Source: a virus | DNA: 64,000 nt | Direction: 5' to 3' (one strand) | IMG/VR virus record: IMGVR_UViG_3300031334_000002 | Span: 16,106-80,105 of that record | Made by a program: the position numbers and the translations under genes | In this document: one piece after another, positions 20,346-30,625 of the stretch | How the letters are laid out: each line of letters opens with the position of its first letter | Position numbering within the stretch: position 1 is the stretch's first letter | The notes under the pieces: generated by a model | Database searches by the model: none | Seen by the model: only the letters and a program-made list of their open reading frames with translations | Told to the model about the DNA's origin: nothing

Positions 20346-20739
20346 TTAGTAAACCTCTCATTTGCTCAAGTAGAGGTTTTAGTTCTGTAGGGTTATTAGT
20401 TTTACCTAAGAACTCTTCGTCTTCTGGGTTAACAAAATAAAAAGAAGGAGCAGCGTAGATAGGCTCTAGTATGTCATTGCCTTCTTCGTCTTTTAGCACC
20501 TTTGAAAAAGGACGACCTGAGTGGTTTTTTAATACCTCACCTTTGTCGTCTTTTAAGTATTCTTTTGCAGGCTCTAACTCTGCATGAGCTATGTAAAGCT
20601 CAATCTTGTCTACAGGAAGAGATGCCTCAGTAAAGGTAAACTCTTTGTATTCGTTTTTTAGCTTCTCGAAAAGTAGCTTAGCTGCATCGCAAGCTCGACA
20701 CCCTTCTAGTTGATAAAAAACGACCTCCATGCTACTCAT
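20332..20739 (-). CDS. Thioredoxin/glutaredoxin-fold protein
   Basis: N-terminal VVFY...CRAC motif and a later AAPSFYF cis-Pro-like segment. Confidence 0.6.
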   Translation of the reverse strand: MSSMEVVFYQLEGCRACDAAKLLFEKLKNEYKEFTFTEASLPVDKIELYIAHAELEPAKEYLKDDKGEVLKNHSGRPFSKVLKDEEGNDILEPIYAAPSFYFVNPEDEEFLGKTNNPTELKPLLEQMRGLLNEQD

Positions 20740-20740
20740 A

Positions 20741-23716
20741 TTACCTGACCTTTGTGATTTTTAACTGAGTATAAACTTCACTTACTCCAAAGTTTGAAGC
20801 GAGACCAAAGCCTGATGTTGACTGAGTTCTGCTACATCGGTGTTGAATTTCAAACACCTTAGCTACACTAATATTTAGTACTCCTTTGAATGGCGAGTTT
20901 GTCGGCATTGCCACGGAACTACTAGCATCATCTCCTCTAGCAGTACCGCCAATAATGCTATCAACTGAGTCTGTAATATTTCTAACTTTTGTTTTATGAA
21001 TGTTAACAAAATAAGCAGGGCCATATCCCTCAATGGTGTATTTGCCCGAATCTAAAGTAAGTTGATTTGAAGATAGCGACAAGAAATAACAGTCTCCCTC
21101 TAGGGTATTTATATCTCTAGTTCGCCACGCTCCTGATGTAAAGGTTCCCCCTGCGCTATCGTTTATCTTAACGTCTTTAACGTAGCAAGTAGGTTGATCA
21201 AGACCGTTAGGAAATACCATCGTTCTCTCGGTTTCTTTTATGTAGTCGGGTGCCATTTTCGTAATTGCGCAATGGTAGTTTCCGTCTACGTCAACATCGG
21301 AGCTGGCAATATATGTCCTTACGTCAAAGCCAGTTGTCGTTACATTTTTTATCTCTGCATTTACGTTCCCAAAATCATCACTTGTGCATCTTACAGATGG
21401 AATCTTTGTTAAGGATAACCCTGGGTATGCTATAGAGGTGCTTCCTGTGGCAGACCTAGATACTCCGAAGGTTCCGACAATGGACTCTTCGCTAATGACG
21501 GCTGTTCCATTATTCGTTACCCAAAAAGCAAAATCATTCTCCACGCTGCTAGAATCTGTGCGCCCCATTACCACTACACCTTGGGCTGAGTCTGACCAGC
21601 CTGCGATTGGTACTTCAAGCCAAAAGGTCTGAGCCTCACCTGTACCAAAAACCGTACCACCAGTTACGGGGGAAGTTTGTACCGTTGAAACTGTCCTGTC
21701 GCTTCTCCCAAGTTCAATAAACGAGTCGCCCTTTGTAGCCAAGAAATGGAGATATGTGTTTGAGTTACTTGCTCTTAATAGCCTTCCCGTAGGGACAACT
21801 AGAGCGGTTTCCCCTCCGACTGTTAAACCATTAGGTAGACCGAGCTGAAACAAACTTCCTGTAGGTGTACCAGTTGTAAAAGTCCCTCTTATTTTCATAT
21901 TAGAGCCACTTCTCATCCACTCGATTGCGACGAGGGAGGGGGTGCCTATACCTTGAAAGACTGGAGTATAGGACTCCCACTCCGAACTAGCATAAACATC
22001 TGTAGGGGCAAGAGGGTTAACCTTAAATTCGACGTCATCAATAGTCAACACTGCACCAATATTCTCAGTGATAACTTGAATACCATAACGCATTTCGGTA
22101 CAAGTTTCTGGTATATTAAATACCAATTCAGTAGGCTTAACTGTTGCATTTGCTCTTAGTGGAGCAGAGGCTATAACCGCAGAATTAGTTACATCGTATA
22201 CAATTAAATCTACTTCATTATTGTTACCAGTGTATGTAGAGGAGATGTTAACTCCTGCTAATTGTCCACGCTCTTTGATATCTACAGCAAAGGCAGGAAA
22301 AGCGAAATAGTCCATAGATGAACCAGCTACTTGAGTGTATTTTATACTACGATCTCCTTTTAAAGGAGATACTTCTTCGTTAACAGGACTCGCAGAGGCA
22401 ACTCCTCCACCAAGAAACGCTGCATCACTACCAGTGGTAGCATCAACAGCTTCTGTTTGTTCAAACCTCTCTACGTGGAATATATCAACTCCACCAACAC
22501 CAGAACCTCCGATTGAAATTAATTCAGCATCAACAACTTGGTACATTTGTTTTTCATCAGTTGCAAAGACAATTTGACCGTTTGAAGCACCAATAGCATA
22601 AACCTCTAAGTTTACTTTAGTATCTTGTTTTACATCACTTCTAATGGGCGTTTCTAAAGACGCGCCTTGTATCGTTTTACTTGTGAGTGTTTGCGAGTCG
22701 GTAGTTCCAACAACGTCGCCAGTTACACCGTGAACTCCAGAAGTATCTCCCGTATGAGATGTTAGGTCTGCGTTAGTAGCTCTGGTATCAATATCAGTTT
22801 GAAGTTCATTTACAGCTTCTTGCATATCAGTCGCAACTAAATTACCAGAAGGAACATTAGAAATAGCTGAAGCGTCATGAGCATCTACAGCATCCGACAA
22901 GTGATCAGATAACCCAGAAGCAGCATCAGAAGCAACAGTTTCGGTTGTGTCTAGTCTTCCCTCAACTTCATCAATGGCACCTTGAACTTGAGTAGCAGCA
23001 AGTCCTGATGTTGTATTAACATACTCTATGGCTGACGCAGCATGAGCGTCCGTAGCATCGGTTATGTGAGCGTCTAGTTGTCCAGATGTAGCTCTGGTAT
23101 CAATATCAGTTTGAAGTTCATTTAGAGCACCCTGAGCGTCTGTGGCAGCTAGGTTTCCTGAGGGGGTGTTTGTGATAGCGGAAGCTGCATGGGCGTCAGT
23201 TGCGTCAGCAATATGGTCATCTATATCAGATTGGGCAGAATCTCCAGATCCTTGAGCAGCAGCAGCACTGTTAGCAACGTTATCAAGAGCAGCTTGAACA
23301 TCAGTTCCAGCCACATTAGGATTTGTGTCATCAAAACTGATCTCTGAAGCGTCATCCTTGCCTGCGATAGCAGAAGCAACGTGAGTTCTAACTGCAGCAG
23401 CAGAGGGAAGTTCAGTATCAGTTCCTGCAACACTGATATCGGTAGTCAAAACTCCTGATTTTAGGTTGTCTACTTCTAGGTTAGACACTGTTGCAGTATC
23501 TGCGTCAATTGTAACTGAATTGTCTGCAGAACTTAGAGTTTTGTTACTTAGTGTTTGCGTTTGATCATTCGTGACAATCTCTCTTTCAGAGCCTTCAGTA
23601 AAAATCTTTTGTTTACTATCAGCAGAGTCGTTACGAATTTCACCTTCTTCTGTTGCAGCAGAAGTAGTAGGCTTTGTTATAACGCCTTTTGTGAATCTTT
23701 TCGATTTAATTGTCAT
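20741..23716 (-). CDS. Long fibre protein with internal repeats
   Basis: 991 aa; repeated H..DATDAHAASAI...ATD.Q.A..EL units, also duplicated at DNA level; beta-rich C-terminal receptor-binding-like region. Confidence 0.7.
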   Translation of the reverse strand: MTIKSKRFTKGVITKPTTSAATEEGEIRNDSADSKQKIFTEGSEREIVTNDQTQTLSNKTLSSADNSVTIDADTATVSNLEVDNLKSGVLTTDISVAGTDTELPSAAAVRTHVASAIAGKDDASEISFDDTNPNVAGTDVQAALDNVANSAAAAQGSGDSAQSDIDDHIADATDAHAASAITNTPSGNLAATDAQGALNELQTDIDTRATSGQLDAHITDATDAHAASAIEYVNTTSGLAATQVQGAIDEVEGRLDTTETVASDAASGLSDHLSDAVDAHDASAISNVPSGNLVATDMQEAVNELQTDIDTRATNADLTSHTGDTSGVHGVTGDVVGTTDSQTLTSKTIQGASLETPIRSDVKQDTKVNLEVYAIGASNGQIVFATDEKQMYQVVDAELISIGGSGVGGVDIFHVERFEQTEAVDATTGSDAAFLGGGVASASPVNEEVSPLKGDRSIKYTQVAGSSMDYFAFPAFAVDIKERGQLAGVNISSTYTGNNNEVDLIVYDVTNSAVIASAPLRANATVKPTELVFNIPETCTEMRYGIQVITENIGAVLTIDDVEFKVNPLAPTDVYASSEWESYTPVFQGIGTPSLVAIEWMRSGSNMKIRGTFTTGTPTGSLFQLGLPNGLTVGGETALVVPTGRLLRASNSNTYLHFLATKGDSFIELGRSDRTVSTVQTSPVTGGTVFGTGEAQTFWLEVPIAGWSDSAQGVVVMGRTDSSSVENDFAFWVTNNGTAVISEESIVGTFGVSRSATGSTSIAYPGLSLTKIPSVRCTSDDFGNVNAEIKNVTTTGFDVRTYIASSDVDVDGNYHCAITKMAPDYIKETERTMVFPNGLDQPTCYVKDVKINDSAGGTFTSGAWRTRDINTLEGDCYFLSLSSNQLTLDSGKYTIEGYGPAYFVNIHKTKVRNITDSVDSIIGGTARGDDASSSVAMPTNSPFKGVLNISVAKVFEIQHRCSRTQSTSGFGLASNFGVSEVYTQLKITKVR

Positions 23717-23727
23717 TTATTTCTCCG

Positions 23728-24198
23728 TTATAAATCTATTGTTTGGGCTTTAAAAAGTATCAATGATGAAACGTGATCAGTTAAGTCACTGGAAGTATAT
23801 GTGAATTGCCCACCTGAGGTTATATCTAGATTAACTCCAGTGTCATCACCAGTTGATTCGATACTAATTCTAAAATCAGCACCATTGAAATTTCCATATA
23901 TTGGACCAGATTCAGTAATAACGGAAGCTCCGCTATCAAAAGTTCTGATTACGAGATATTCAACATCTATATGTTGAACTTCACCTGTGTTAAATACTAA
24001 TCCGGGGATGTTTTGAGGAGTTATAGAATTGTTTGCTAGGTTTGCTGCACTTATCAATATATCATTTGGTCCTAAGAAATTGGCAAGAGCCGCTGTTACA
24101 CCTTCTGCCCATGCTGTGGCGTCTTCTCCGTGACCGTTACCTTCACCTTGAACTGGATAATTATATGTAGTATTACCTATTTGTAACTTGATTGACAT
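23728..24198 (-). CDS. Structural protein downstream of capsid gene
   Basis: Paralogous to the C-terminal domain of 17389-18909; preceded by late motif. Confidence 0.55.
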   Translation of the reverse strand: MSIKLQIGNTTYNYPVQGEGNGHGEDATAWAEGVTAALANFLGPNDILISAANLANNSITPQNIPGLVFNTGEVQHIDVEYLVIRTFDSGASVITESGPIYGNFNGADFRISIESTGDDTGVNLDITSGGQFTYTSSDLTDHVSSLILFKAQTIDL

Positions 24199-24224
24199 AG
24201 TGGACCTTTTAATATTCTCTAATA

Positions 24225-24234
24225 CTAGTTGTTA
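24225..24234 (-). promoter_or_regulatory. Putative late promoter motif TAACAACTAG
   Basis: Exact copy just past the capsid terminator, 27 nt upstream of the 24198 start. Confidence 0.65.
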
Positions 24235-24243
24235 AATAATACG

Positions 24244-24272
24244 AAAAGAGGGGAACAGAACGCTCCCCTCTT
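24244..24272 (-). terminator. Rho-independent terminator after major capsid gene
   Basis: 9-bp stem AAGAGGGGA/TCCCCTCTT with T-rich tail on the minus strand. Confidence 0.75.
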
Positions 24273-24297
24273 GAACTTGAATACAGGACGTATTCTA

Positions 24298-25545
24298 TTA
24301 TGATTTAATGAATGTGAGTAGTACTGTTTTACCGGGACAACAGGTAAATAACGCTTGATCTGTGTACATTCTCATTTCGTAACCGTTAAAACCTTCCATT
24401 AACTTAAGGAATTGACCGCCTAGACCCGGACGCTCATAAGTAACATCGGAAGAACCGATTCTCATGAAGTCTTTCTCACAGATCATGTAAGCATATCCTT
24501 CTTTACAGTAAATAGTAGAGCTGATGCGGATAGTACCGTTTTGAGCAGTAAACTCAAGTTCTTTTGAACCGTTTTTTAGTTTAGAATCAGAGTATGAACT
24601 ATCAAACTGTCTTTTAGCAACTTGCTCAGTAAGAAGGTTAGACCATGATTTAGGGTTACAAAGTAGAAGAACTTCTTCATCTGCAAGACCTTTTTCCATT
24701 GCTCTTGAGATACCAGATTCAACTTTAGCGAAAGAAAGAACAGCTTCGTTACCAGCAAAATCAGTACCAACTTCTACAACGTTACCTTTCCAGAGATTGT
24801 ATGCAGAAGCATCAATGTTGAAAAGTACACCAGTATTAGTGATGATTTTGTGAATACCAGCAAATTCGTTGTCTTTTGCACCTTTGTAAAAGATTACGTC
24901 AGTAGCAGCAACTGAAAGAGTTGTTAGATCTGTCCCAACTGTAACGGTTTTAGCGTCAAAGTCGTAAGAAACAACAGCAACTTCACCTCTAAGAGCACCA
25001 GCAGCACTATAAATTTGAATTGGCATATTTTCAGTACCAGACCAAATTCCTGCAGCCCATTCGTGATCTTCGATTTTTATTACATCATCACCAGCACCTT
25101 GTACTGCTTCGACTACACCAAGACCAACTTGACCGTACATAAGTTGTACTTCGAGTCTGCGAACGAATGATTTAAGCATATTTTCAACAATAAACTTAGT
25201 TTCTTGTACAAAAGCGCCTTTACTGTTGCTTGAACGAGAAGCGGCACCAACAGAAAGAAAAGATCTAAGGACCATTTCGTGACCTTTAATCTGGGCTCTT
25301 TTGTGAGTAGAAGCAACCGCTTGGTTAAGAGCAAAAGCTGTACCATCTTGTCCACCATAAGTGAAACCGTGCTCAAGACCTAAAGAAACAGGTTGAACGT
25401 AGTCAAGACCGTTTTGTTTCTCAGCTCCGATAAAAGCAATTGAGTTATAAAGTTTAACGCCTTCAGGAATGAGATCTACGATCTTATCAGCATAGATATC
25501 CTTAAAGTGTGCGTTAAGTGTTTGAAAATCGTTATTTTGTGGCAT
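24298..25545 (-). CDS. Major capsid protein
   Basis: 415 aa; follows portal and scaffold; strong RBS, followed by a terminator. Confidence 0.8.
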   Translation of the reverse strand: MPQNNDFQTLNAHFKDIYADKIVDLIPEGVKLYNSIAFIGAEKQNGLDYVQPVSLGLEHGFTYGGQDGTAFALNQAVASTHKRAQIKGHEMVLRSFLSVGAASRSSNSKGAFVQETKFIVENMLKSFVRRLEVQLMYGQVGLGVVEAVQGAGDDVIKIEDHEWAAGIWSGTENMPIQIYSAAGALRGEVAVVSYDFDAKTVTVGTDLTTLSVAATDVIFYKGAKDNEFAGIHKIITNTGVLFNIDASAYNLWKGNVVEVGTDFAGNEAVLSFAKVESGISRAMEKGLADEEVLLLCNPKSWSNLLTEQVAKRQFDSSYSDSKLKNGSKELEFTAQNGTIRISSTIYCKEGYAYMICEKDFMRIGSSDVTYERPGLGGQFLKLMEGFNGYEMRMYTDQALFTCCPGKTVLLTFIKS

Positions 25546-25673
25546 TATTAATCTCCTAATAGATTTTTGTTTTAAAGTGTGTTATGATTAAATTGTCATA
25601 TTCACATGAGGGTATCTAACAATCCATTAAGGGTATGTATGAATCCTAGTTATGTTTCAATAACTCTCTAATG

Positions 25674-25683
25674 CTAGTTGTTA
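25674..25683 (-). promoter_or_regulatory. Putative late promoter motif TAACAACTAG
   Basis: Exact copy ~130 nt upstream of the capsid start. Confidence 0.65.
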
Positions 25684-25685
25684 AA

Positions 25686-26690
25686 TTATCGTCCTAAGTT
25701 CCTGAAAAAGTCAGAAGATCTAAGTTTTTCTTTTGAAGAATCTTCTGTTTTCGATACCTTAGCCGTTTCTTTTATTGTTTGCTTTGGGTTATTCTTTATA
25801 GAATCTACTCGACTTTTACGAAGTCTTTCGATATTCTTTTTACCAATAACTTCCTCCATCATAGTTTCTGGTGCGTTGTCTAGGAAACTTCTCATCTCTG
25901 CTCTAATTTCTTTTTCTACTTCAGGTATAATATCTGCAACAGTGATTCCGCTTGCATCATATCCATTCTCTTCAGCATAATCCATAGCATGTAACAGTGC
26001 ATCTGCAATCCTAGCCATAGTTTTTTGTGTCGGAGGTAAAGTACTGTTATCTTTTAATTCAGTAATGATTTCTTCTTCTAATTGCGCTCCAGCTTCTGCT
26101 ATTTTTTCTTGTTCTTCTTTGTCTTGTTGAGTTTTCTCAATTTCTTGAAGACGTTTGCGTGCTTGAGATAGTTCGATTTCCATCTTTTCTTTCTCTAGTT
26201 GATCTGGGGTTTTTTTCATTTCTTCAATTCGATCTTCGATGAATCTTTCATTAAGATCTTCTGGATCTAGACCTAGCTCTTTTAATACTTCCCAAGGATT
26301 AGATTGTAGTCGGGCAATTTCATTTTCATACGTTTTTTTTAATTTTGCAGCTTCTTGGGCTGTGTGATTAAAAGCTGCTGATTTTTGAAGTTCTTGTCGG
26401 ACGGCATCTTCATCCGAAAGATCAATCTCTCTTTCAATTGTTTTACCATTAACTTTTAATTGGAACTTACGTACCATTGATTTAACTTCTTCTTCCGAAG
26501 CACCATCTTCAATAGCCTCTGCCACTTCTTCTTGAAACTCTTCGGTAGTTTCTGCTTCAACTTCGGGTGAATCAACGATATCAGGTGAATCAACGATATT
26601 AGGTGAATCGTCAACAATTTCTAGATCTGTTGTTTCTTCTAAAACTTCCGTTACTTCTTCTGGTGCTGAATCTACTGCTTCATTCGACAT
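25686..26690 (-). CDS. Capsid scaffolding protein
   Basis: Very acidic, helical; KFQLKVNGKTIE motif; between portal and capsid; short IVDSP tandem repeats. Confidence 0.75.
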   Translation of the reverse strand: MSNEAVDSAPEEVTEVLEETTDLEIVDDSPNIVDSPDIVDSPEVEAETTEEFQEEVAEAIEDGASEEEVKSMVRKFQLKVNGKTIEREIDLSDEDAVRQELQKSAAFNHTAQEAAKLKKTYENEIARLQSNPWEVLKELGLDPEDLNERFIEDRIEEMKKTPDQLEKEKMEIELSQARKRLQEIEKTQQDKEEQEKIAEAGAQLEEEIITELKDNSTLPPTQKTMARIADALLHAMDYAEENGYDASGITVADIIPEVEKEIRAEMRSFLDNAPETMMEEVIGKKNIERLRKSRVDSIKNNPKQTIKETAKVSKTEDSSKEKLRSSDFFRNLGR

Positions 26691-26751
26691 AATCTTCTCC
26701 TATGTTACAATTTATATATGTAAACATGTCTCAGCCGTTATTGGTATGAGA

Positions 26752-27021
26752 CTAAAATGCTGTGTTGTCGTCTTCGAATTTTCTTTGTTCTCTTAATTTT
26801 TTTAGTTTTTTTAATATCCTCTCTTCTTTTTTTGTGTCACCATCTTCTGATGCTTGGATTGAGTCTTTCGCTAATTTCTTCATAACAGACGTCATTGTTT
26901 TATCTCTTAGTTTTTCCAAAGCTTTTTTCCGAGCTGTATTGGGACTTTTTAATGATTCAGAACCATCTACTTCAACAACATCACTATCTAAATACGTCTT
27001 TACTCTCTTTTTATCTTTCAT
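26752..27021 (-). CDS. Small basic hypothetical protein
   Basis: Coupled to the portal stop. Confidence 0.5.
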   Translation of the reverse strand: MKDKKRVKTYLDSDVVEVDGSESLKSPNTARKKALEKLRDKTMTSVMKKLAKDSIQASEDGDTKKEERILKKLKKLREQRKFEDDNTAF

Positions 27022-29087
27022 TAACCTACCTTTGGTGGTTGTGCAACTCTAGGCATCCCTGAGGTATTAGATGCTTGTTGGGACTCTGCTCCGGGGTTTC
27101 CCATTGCAGGAGAGGGTGCTTGATTAGGTTGAGGTGCTGCTGCATTATTAGGATTGACAGGACTACCTCCAACTGGAGCTAGAGGTTGTTCTCCTATTAT
27201 ACTAAGAAGATCTGGGTTAACTTGTCTCAACGCATCAACGTGCTCTTGGATATGAGCTAGTGCTCTTGTAACTAATTCGATGTCTAGTCGAGCATCGGGG
27301 TCAGCAAGTACAATTTTATGCTCTCTAATGTGTAAAGCATGATCGTCGGTATCAATTGCAATAACATCACTACTATCATCAACCAGTCTTTCGTTTTCTG
27401 CTTTTATTAATAACAGTTCGTCGTGTTGACCTTGGATCAAAGGTTCTAGTTTACCAGTATTAAGCACTGCGAAATATTCTTCTGGACTTTTTATTAGTCC
27501 CATTTGTAAAAGATTAGAAGCCATCTCTGCTCTACCGGCTGTCGTCTGGGAAAGAGGATTACCGGCATCAACCACAACTCTAGTGATACTATTAACATCA
27601 TCTCCGACAAATTCTTTCATCTTACTTCGATTAGATTTTCCTGCAATTTCGGCTATCCTAGGGACTTTTGCAAAATCCTGAATTAGCTTAATTAAGCCTG
27701 TACCGAGGTCTTCAATCAATTGGATATAAGATTGAGACAGACCTGAAAGAAACTGTAATGCTTGAGATTGAACTAATGCTAGTGCATTACCCGACCTCAG
27801 TGAAGCTTCAGGATTACCCCTTGCAACAGAGTTAACACCAGAAACCGTTTCCATTGCTCTCTCTATCATTTGTAGGAAGTTAAAGATTTCTCCGGGGGTC
27901 TGAGTTAAGTTTAATGAAGTAGGTGCACCTCCGTTTGGAGCCCCATCTACTGTGTTGTATTCGATAAAATTCATACCTTCTGCAACCTGAGAAACTTTAA
28001 CGTCATTACCTCTTGGACTTAAAATACTTTGAACTCCGTGCGCATTTTGGTTAGTGAGAATTGTAGAATATAATGTATTTACTGCATCCTGCATTGGAAG
28101 TAAATCAAACATTGAAGTATACCCATAAGGTGTACCTAATATGTCCGAAGGAGATATCCTATATATAGGCAGGTTTCTATAAGGCATGGGAGTATCCATA
28201 AGCGCGATATTAGTATCAACATAAAGAAGATACCTGCCCTCAGGAATGGACTCTGTTTTTTTATGAAAAAACTCATACACAGGAACTTCAACGGTATCAT
28301 CGATATACGACAACGTTGCGCGTATCCCACTTTGTTCTTGGTTTTTAGACTTTAGAGACATTATTTCTTCAGCTTTTTCTGGATATTTTGCCGCAATGTC
28401 GAATTTATTCTTAAACGTTCTAGTAAGAACCCAATCGTGGTTTTCTGCGCTTTCTTTTGTATTATCAAAAATAACATCATAAGGTGATAGGTTTTCAAAC
28501 TCAACATCACCTTGATATACTGGGAATGGTTTTAGAATACGACCATTCTCGTCAAGAGGGTTATCGTCTTCATCATAGTCAACTATTAGTTCTTCATCAA
28601 AGTCTATTGTATCGTATACTTCACCGCTAGTTGAGTTCCATTCCATTTTTATAAAACCCGAACCAAGAACGATAGCATACTCAACCGCTTTTTTAATAAA
28701 CCTTTCTAGTCGTTTTTCTCTCATATAGTATTCTAGGATGCCATGAGCGAGGTATGTTTGAACTTGAGATTTATGGTCGATATTAGATGATCGTGCTTGG
28801 AAAGCTGGTCGAGTTGATGTCACCATAACTAACATATGTTGAGCTATATTTCTAAAGTGATTAACCGCAATATTTACATACTCACCTTGCTCTCCTCCGA
28901 AAGTTATTTGATGTCCATCTCCACCATTATCAGTAAAATAGGCTCCATGATACGACATCCAGCTTCTTTTAATTTTTTCAAGGTATCTATTATGATATAG
29001 GTGATTAAACCAATTAGAACCTTTCTTTGATAAATATTCGACGGTTTTCTCTACTTTGTCTGCAGCAAAATATATTTCTGAACTCAT
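27021..29087 (-). CDS. Portal protein (P22-like)
   Basis: 688 aa after TerL; G.GFIKMEW, SPYDVIFD, ETVSGVNSVARG motifs; Pro/Gln-rich tail. Confidence 0.85.
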   Translation of the reverse strand: MSSEIYFAADKVEKTVEYLSKKGSNWFNHLYHNRYLEKIKRSWMSYHGAYFTDNGGDGHQITFGGEQGEYVNIAVNHFRNIAQHMLVMVTSTRPAFQARSSNIDHKSQVQTYLAHGILEYYMREKRLERFIKKAVEYAIVLGSGFIKMEWNSTSGEVYDTIDFDEELIVDYDEDDNPLDENGRILKPFPVYQGDVEFENLSPYDVIFDNTKESAENHDWVLTRTFKNKFDIAAKYPEKAEEIMSLKSKNQEQSGIRATLSYIDDTVEVPVYEFFHKKTESIPEGRYLLYVDTNIALMDTPMPYRNLPIYRISPSDILGTPYGYTSMFDLLPMQDAVNTLYSTILTNQNAHGVQSILSPRGNDVKVSQVAEGMNFIEYNTVDGAPNGGAPTSLNLTQTPGEIFNFLQMIERAMETVSGVNSVARGNPEASLRSGNALALVQSQALQFLSGLSQSYIQLIEDLGTGLIKLIQDFAKVPRIAEIAGKSNRSKMKEFVGDDVNSITRVVVDAGNPLSQTTAGRAEMASNLLQMGLIKSPEEYFAVLNTGKLEPLIQGQHDELLLIKAENERLVDDSSDVIAIDTDDHALHIREHKIVLADPDARLDIELVTRALAHIQEHVDALRQVNPDLLSIIGEQPLAPVGGSPVNPNNAAAPQPNQAPSPAMGNPGAESQQASNTSGMPRVAQPPKVG

Positions 29088-29101
29088 ATTATCTCCTGTT
29101 T

Positions 29102-29111
29102 CTAGTTGTTA
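29102..29111 (-). promoter_or_regulatory. Putative late promoter motif TAACAACTAG
   Basis: Exact copy overlapping the TerL stop codon, 15 nt upstream of portal. Confidence 0.6.
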
Positions 29112-30590
29112 CTTTTTCCGATTCATCACTGAGTTCATAAAAGTTTGTTGACTAGTTTGTTTATTTCCTAAGTGTGATTGGTAAACATTACTTCCTGATA
29201 ATTCGAAATACCCTTCTGGATAGGGATTTTTTTCAGGTTGCAAATTTCTAACGAGATACACGAGCGCATCAAGTAAATCTGAGTGATTAGCTTTAATATT
29301 CTTATTTTTATTTCCTTTATTTCTAGCAAATTCTTTTCTATTAGGTTTCCATTTAGCATTGCGAATATGTTCTATTAAATTAACACATCGGGGATGGATC
29401 TCTATCTCACCACGTTTAAACATCATCCTAACCATGTTCACTTTATCTTCTTTTCCGTCTTTTTTTGTAGCTTTAAATCTGATATCATGGTTAGCAAGAA
29501 GGTCGTTTATGAGAAGTGGTAAGTTATTATCAATAATTCTCATGTAAGGTTTTTTTACTTCGCCAGTATACGGGTTTGTGTATACTGAGGATTCTTTTCT
29601 AACTATACAATTAGCTATATCGTCAGTGGTTAATGCTCTTTGTCCTTCTCCACCAAGAACACCTTCATCTACTATTACTAGTTTTTTTCTAAGGTAATCA
29701 AAATAACCAAAAACTATTCCAGTTAAATCGACAACTGCCGGATCGCACGACACGTACCCATCGTAGTAAACTGGAATTTCTACCTCTTTGAGTATATCTT
29801 TTTCAAGATCGGACCACTCAGGAATAACCATTAAAGAACTATATGTATTACTCTTAAGAAGGTATTCTCTTTGGTATTCTGGATCTTCCTCTCCTAGAGG
29901 GTATCTGGCTATAATTTTTTCTCTAACTTTATCATTAATTAACGGATTCGAGTATATATCGTACTCAACAAGCCAACCTTTGGATCTATAAACATCAACA
30001 AAGTTAGTTAAAAAAGGATGATCAGGTTCTTTAGAGGGAGTTGATGCTATTATCATTTTACCATTAGTAGTTGTCATGGTAGGTAATAGAATAGAGTTAA
30101 CTATGTACATCATGTCGTTATAAGGAAAAAACCCACCTTCGTCACATAATATTAAATGTATAGTCTTTCCTCTTGCCGCTTCTGCATGTCCACCATCAGC
30201 ACCAGCCATCATAATAATAGAACCGTTGGGGTATACAAATTCTTTATCTGCGATTTTATGTTCAGGTTTAAGGTATTCAGGACAATCTTTATGTATTGTT
30301 CTCATTTGTTCTTTAGCGACTGCTGCTGCCATGTTTTTTTTAGGAAACATTAATAGAACTTTTGTGTTCGGGTTTTTTTGACAATACTCTGCAGCAATTA
30401 AACACATGGTATAACTTTTTCCTGTTTGTCTCGAACATAAGAAAACGGTAATGTCGTGAGGCGAGTCGTACACTTTATCGCGCATTTCTTTTTGTATTCC
30501 TTTTAGCTTATACGACAAATCTCCAATTTCCCAGAGTTTCGCTATTGCTTGTTCTTTAGATAATGTCTTTTTTCCACGTTTGGTTGTCAT
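29109..30590 (-). CDS. terL: Terminase large subunit
   Basis: Walker A SRQTGKS, Walker B LILCDE, coupling motif ASTP, nuclease CDPA and DLLDALVY. Confidence 0.9.
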   Translation of the reverse strand: MTTKRGKKTLSKEQAIAKLWEIGDLSYKLKGIQKEMRDKVYDSPHDITVFLCSRQTGKSYTMCLIAAEYCQKNPNTKVLLMFPKKNMAAAVAKEQMRTIHKDCPEYLKPEHKIADKEFVYPNGSIIMMAGADGGHAEAARGKTIHLILCDEGGFFPYNDMMYIVNSILLPTMTTTNGKMIIASTPSKEPDHPFLTNFVDVYRSKGWLVEYDIYSNPLINDKVREKIIARYPLGEEDPEYQREYLLKSNTYSSLMVIPEWSDLEKDILKEVEIPVYYDGYVSCDPAVVDLTGIVFGYFDYLRKKLVIVDEGVLGGEGQRALTTDDIANCIVRKESSVYTNPYTGEVKKPYMRIIDNNLPLLINDLLANHDIRFKATKKDGKEDKVNMVRMMFKRGEIEIHPRCVNLIEHIRNAKWKPNRKEFARNKGNKNKNIKANHSDLLDALVYLVRNLQPEKNPYPEGYFELSGSNVYQSHLGNKQTSQQTFMNSVMNRKK

Positions 30591-30625
30591 TTGTTCCGTC
30601 GAATTTATTAGATTTACTGTTATTT

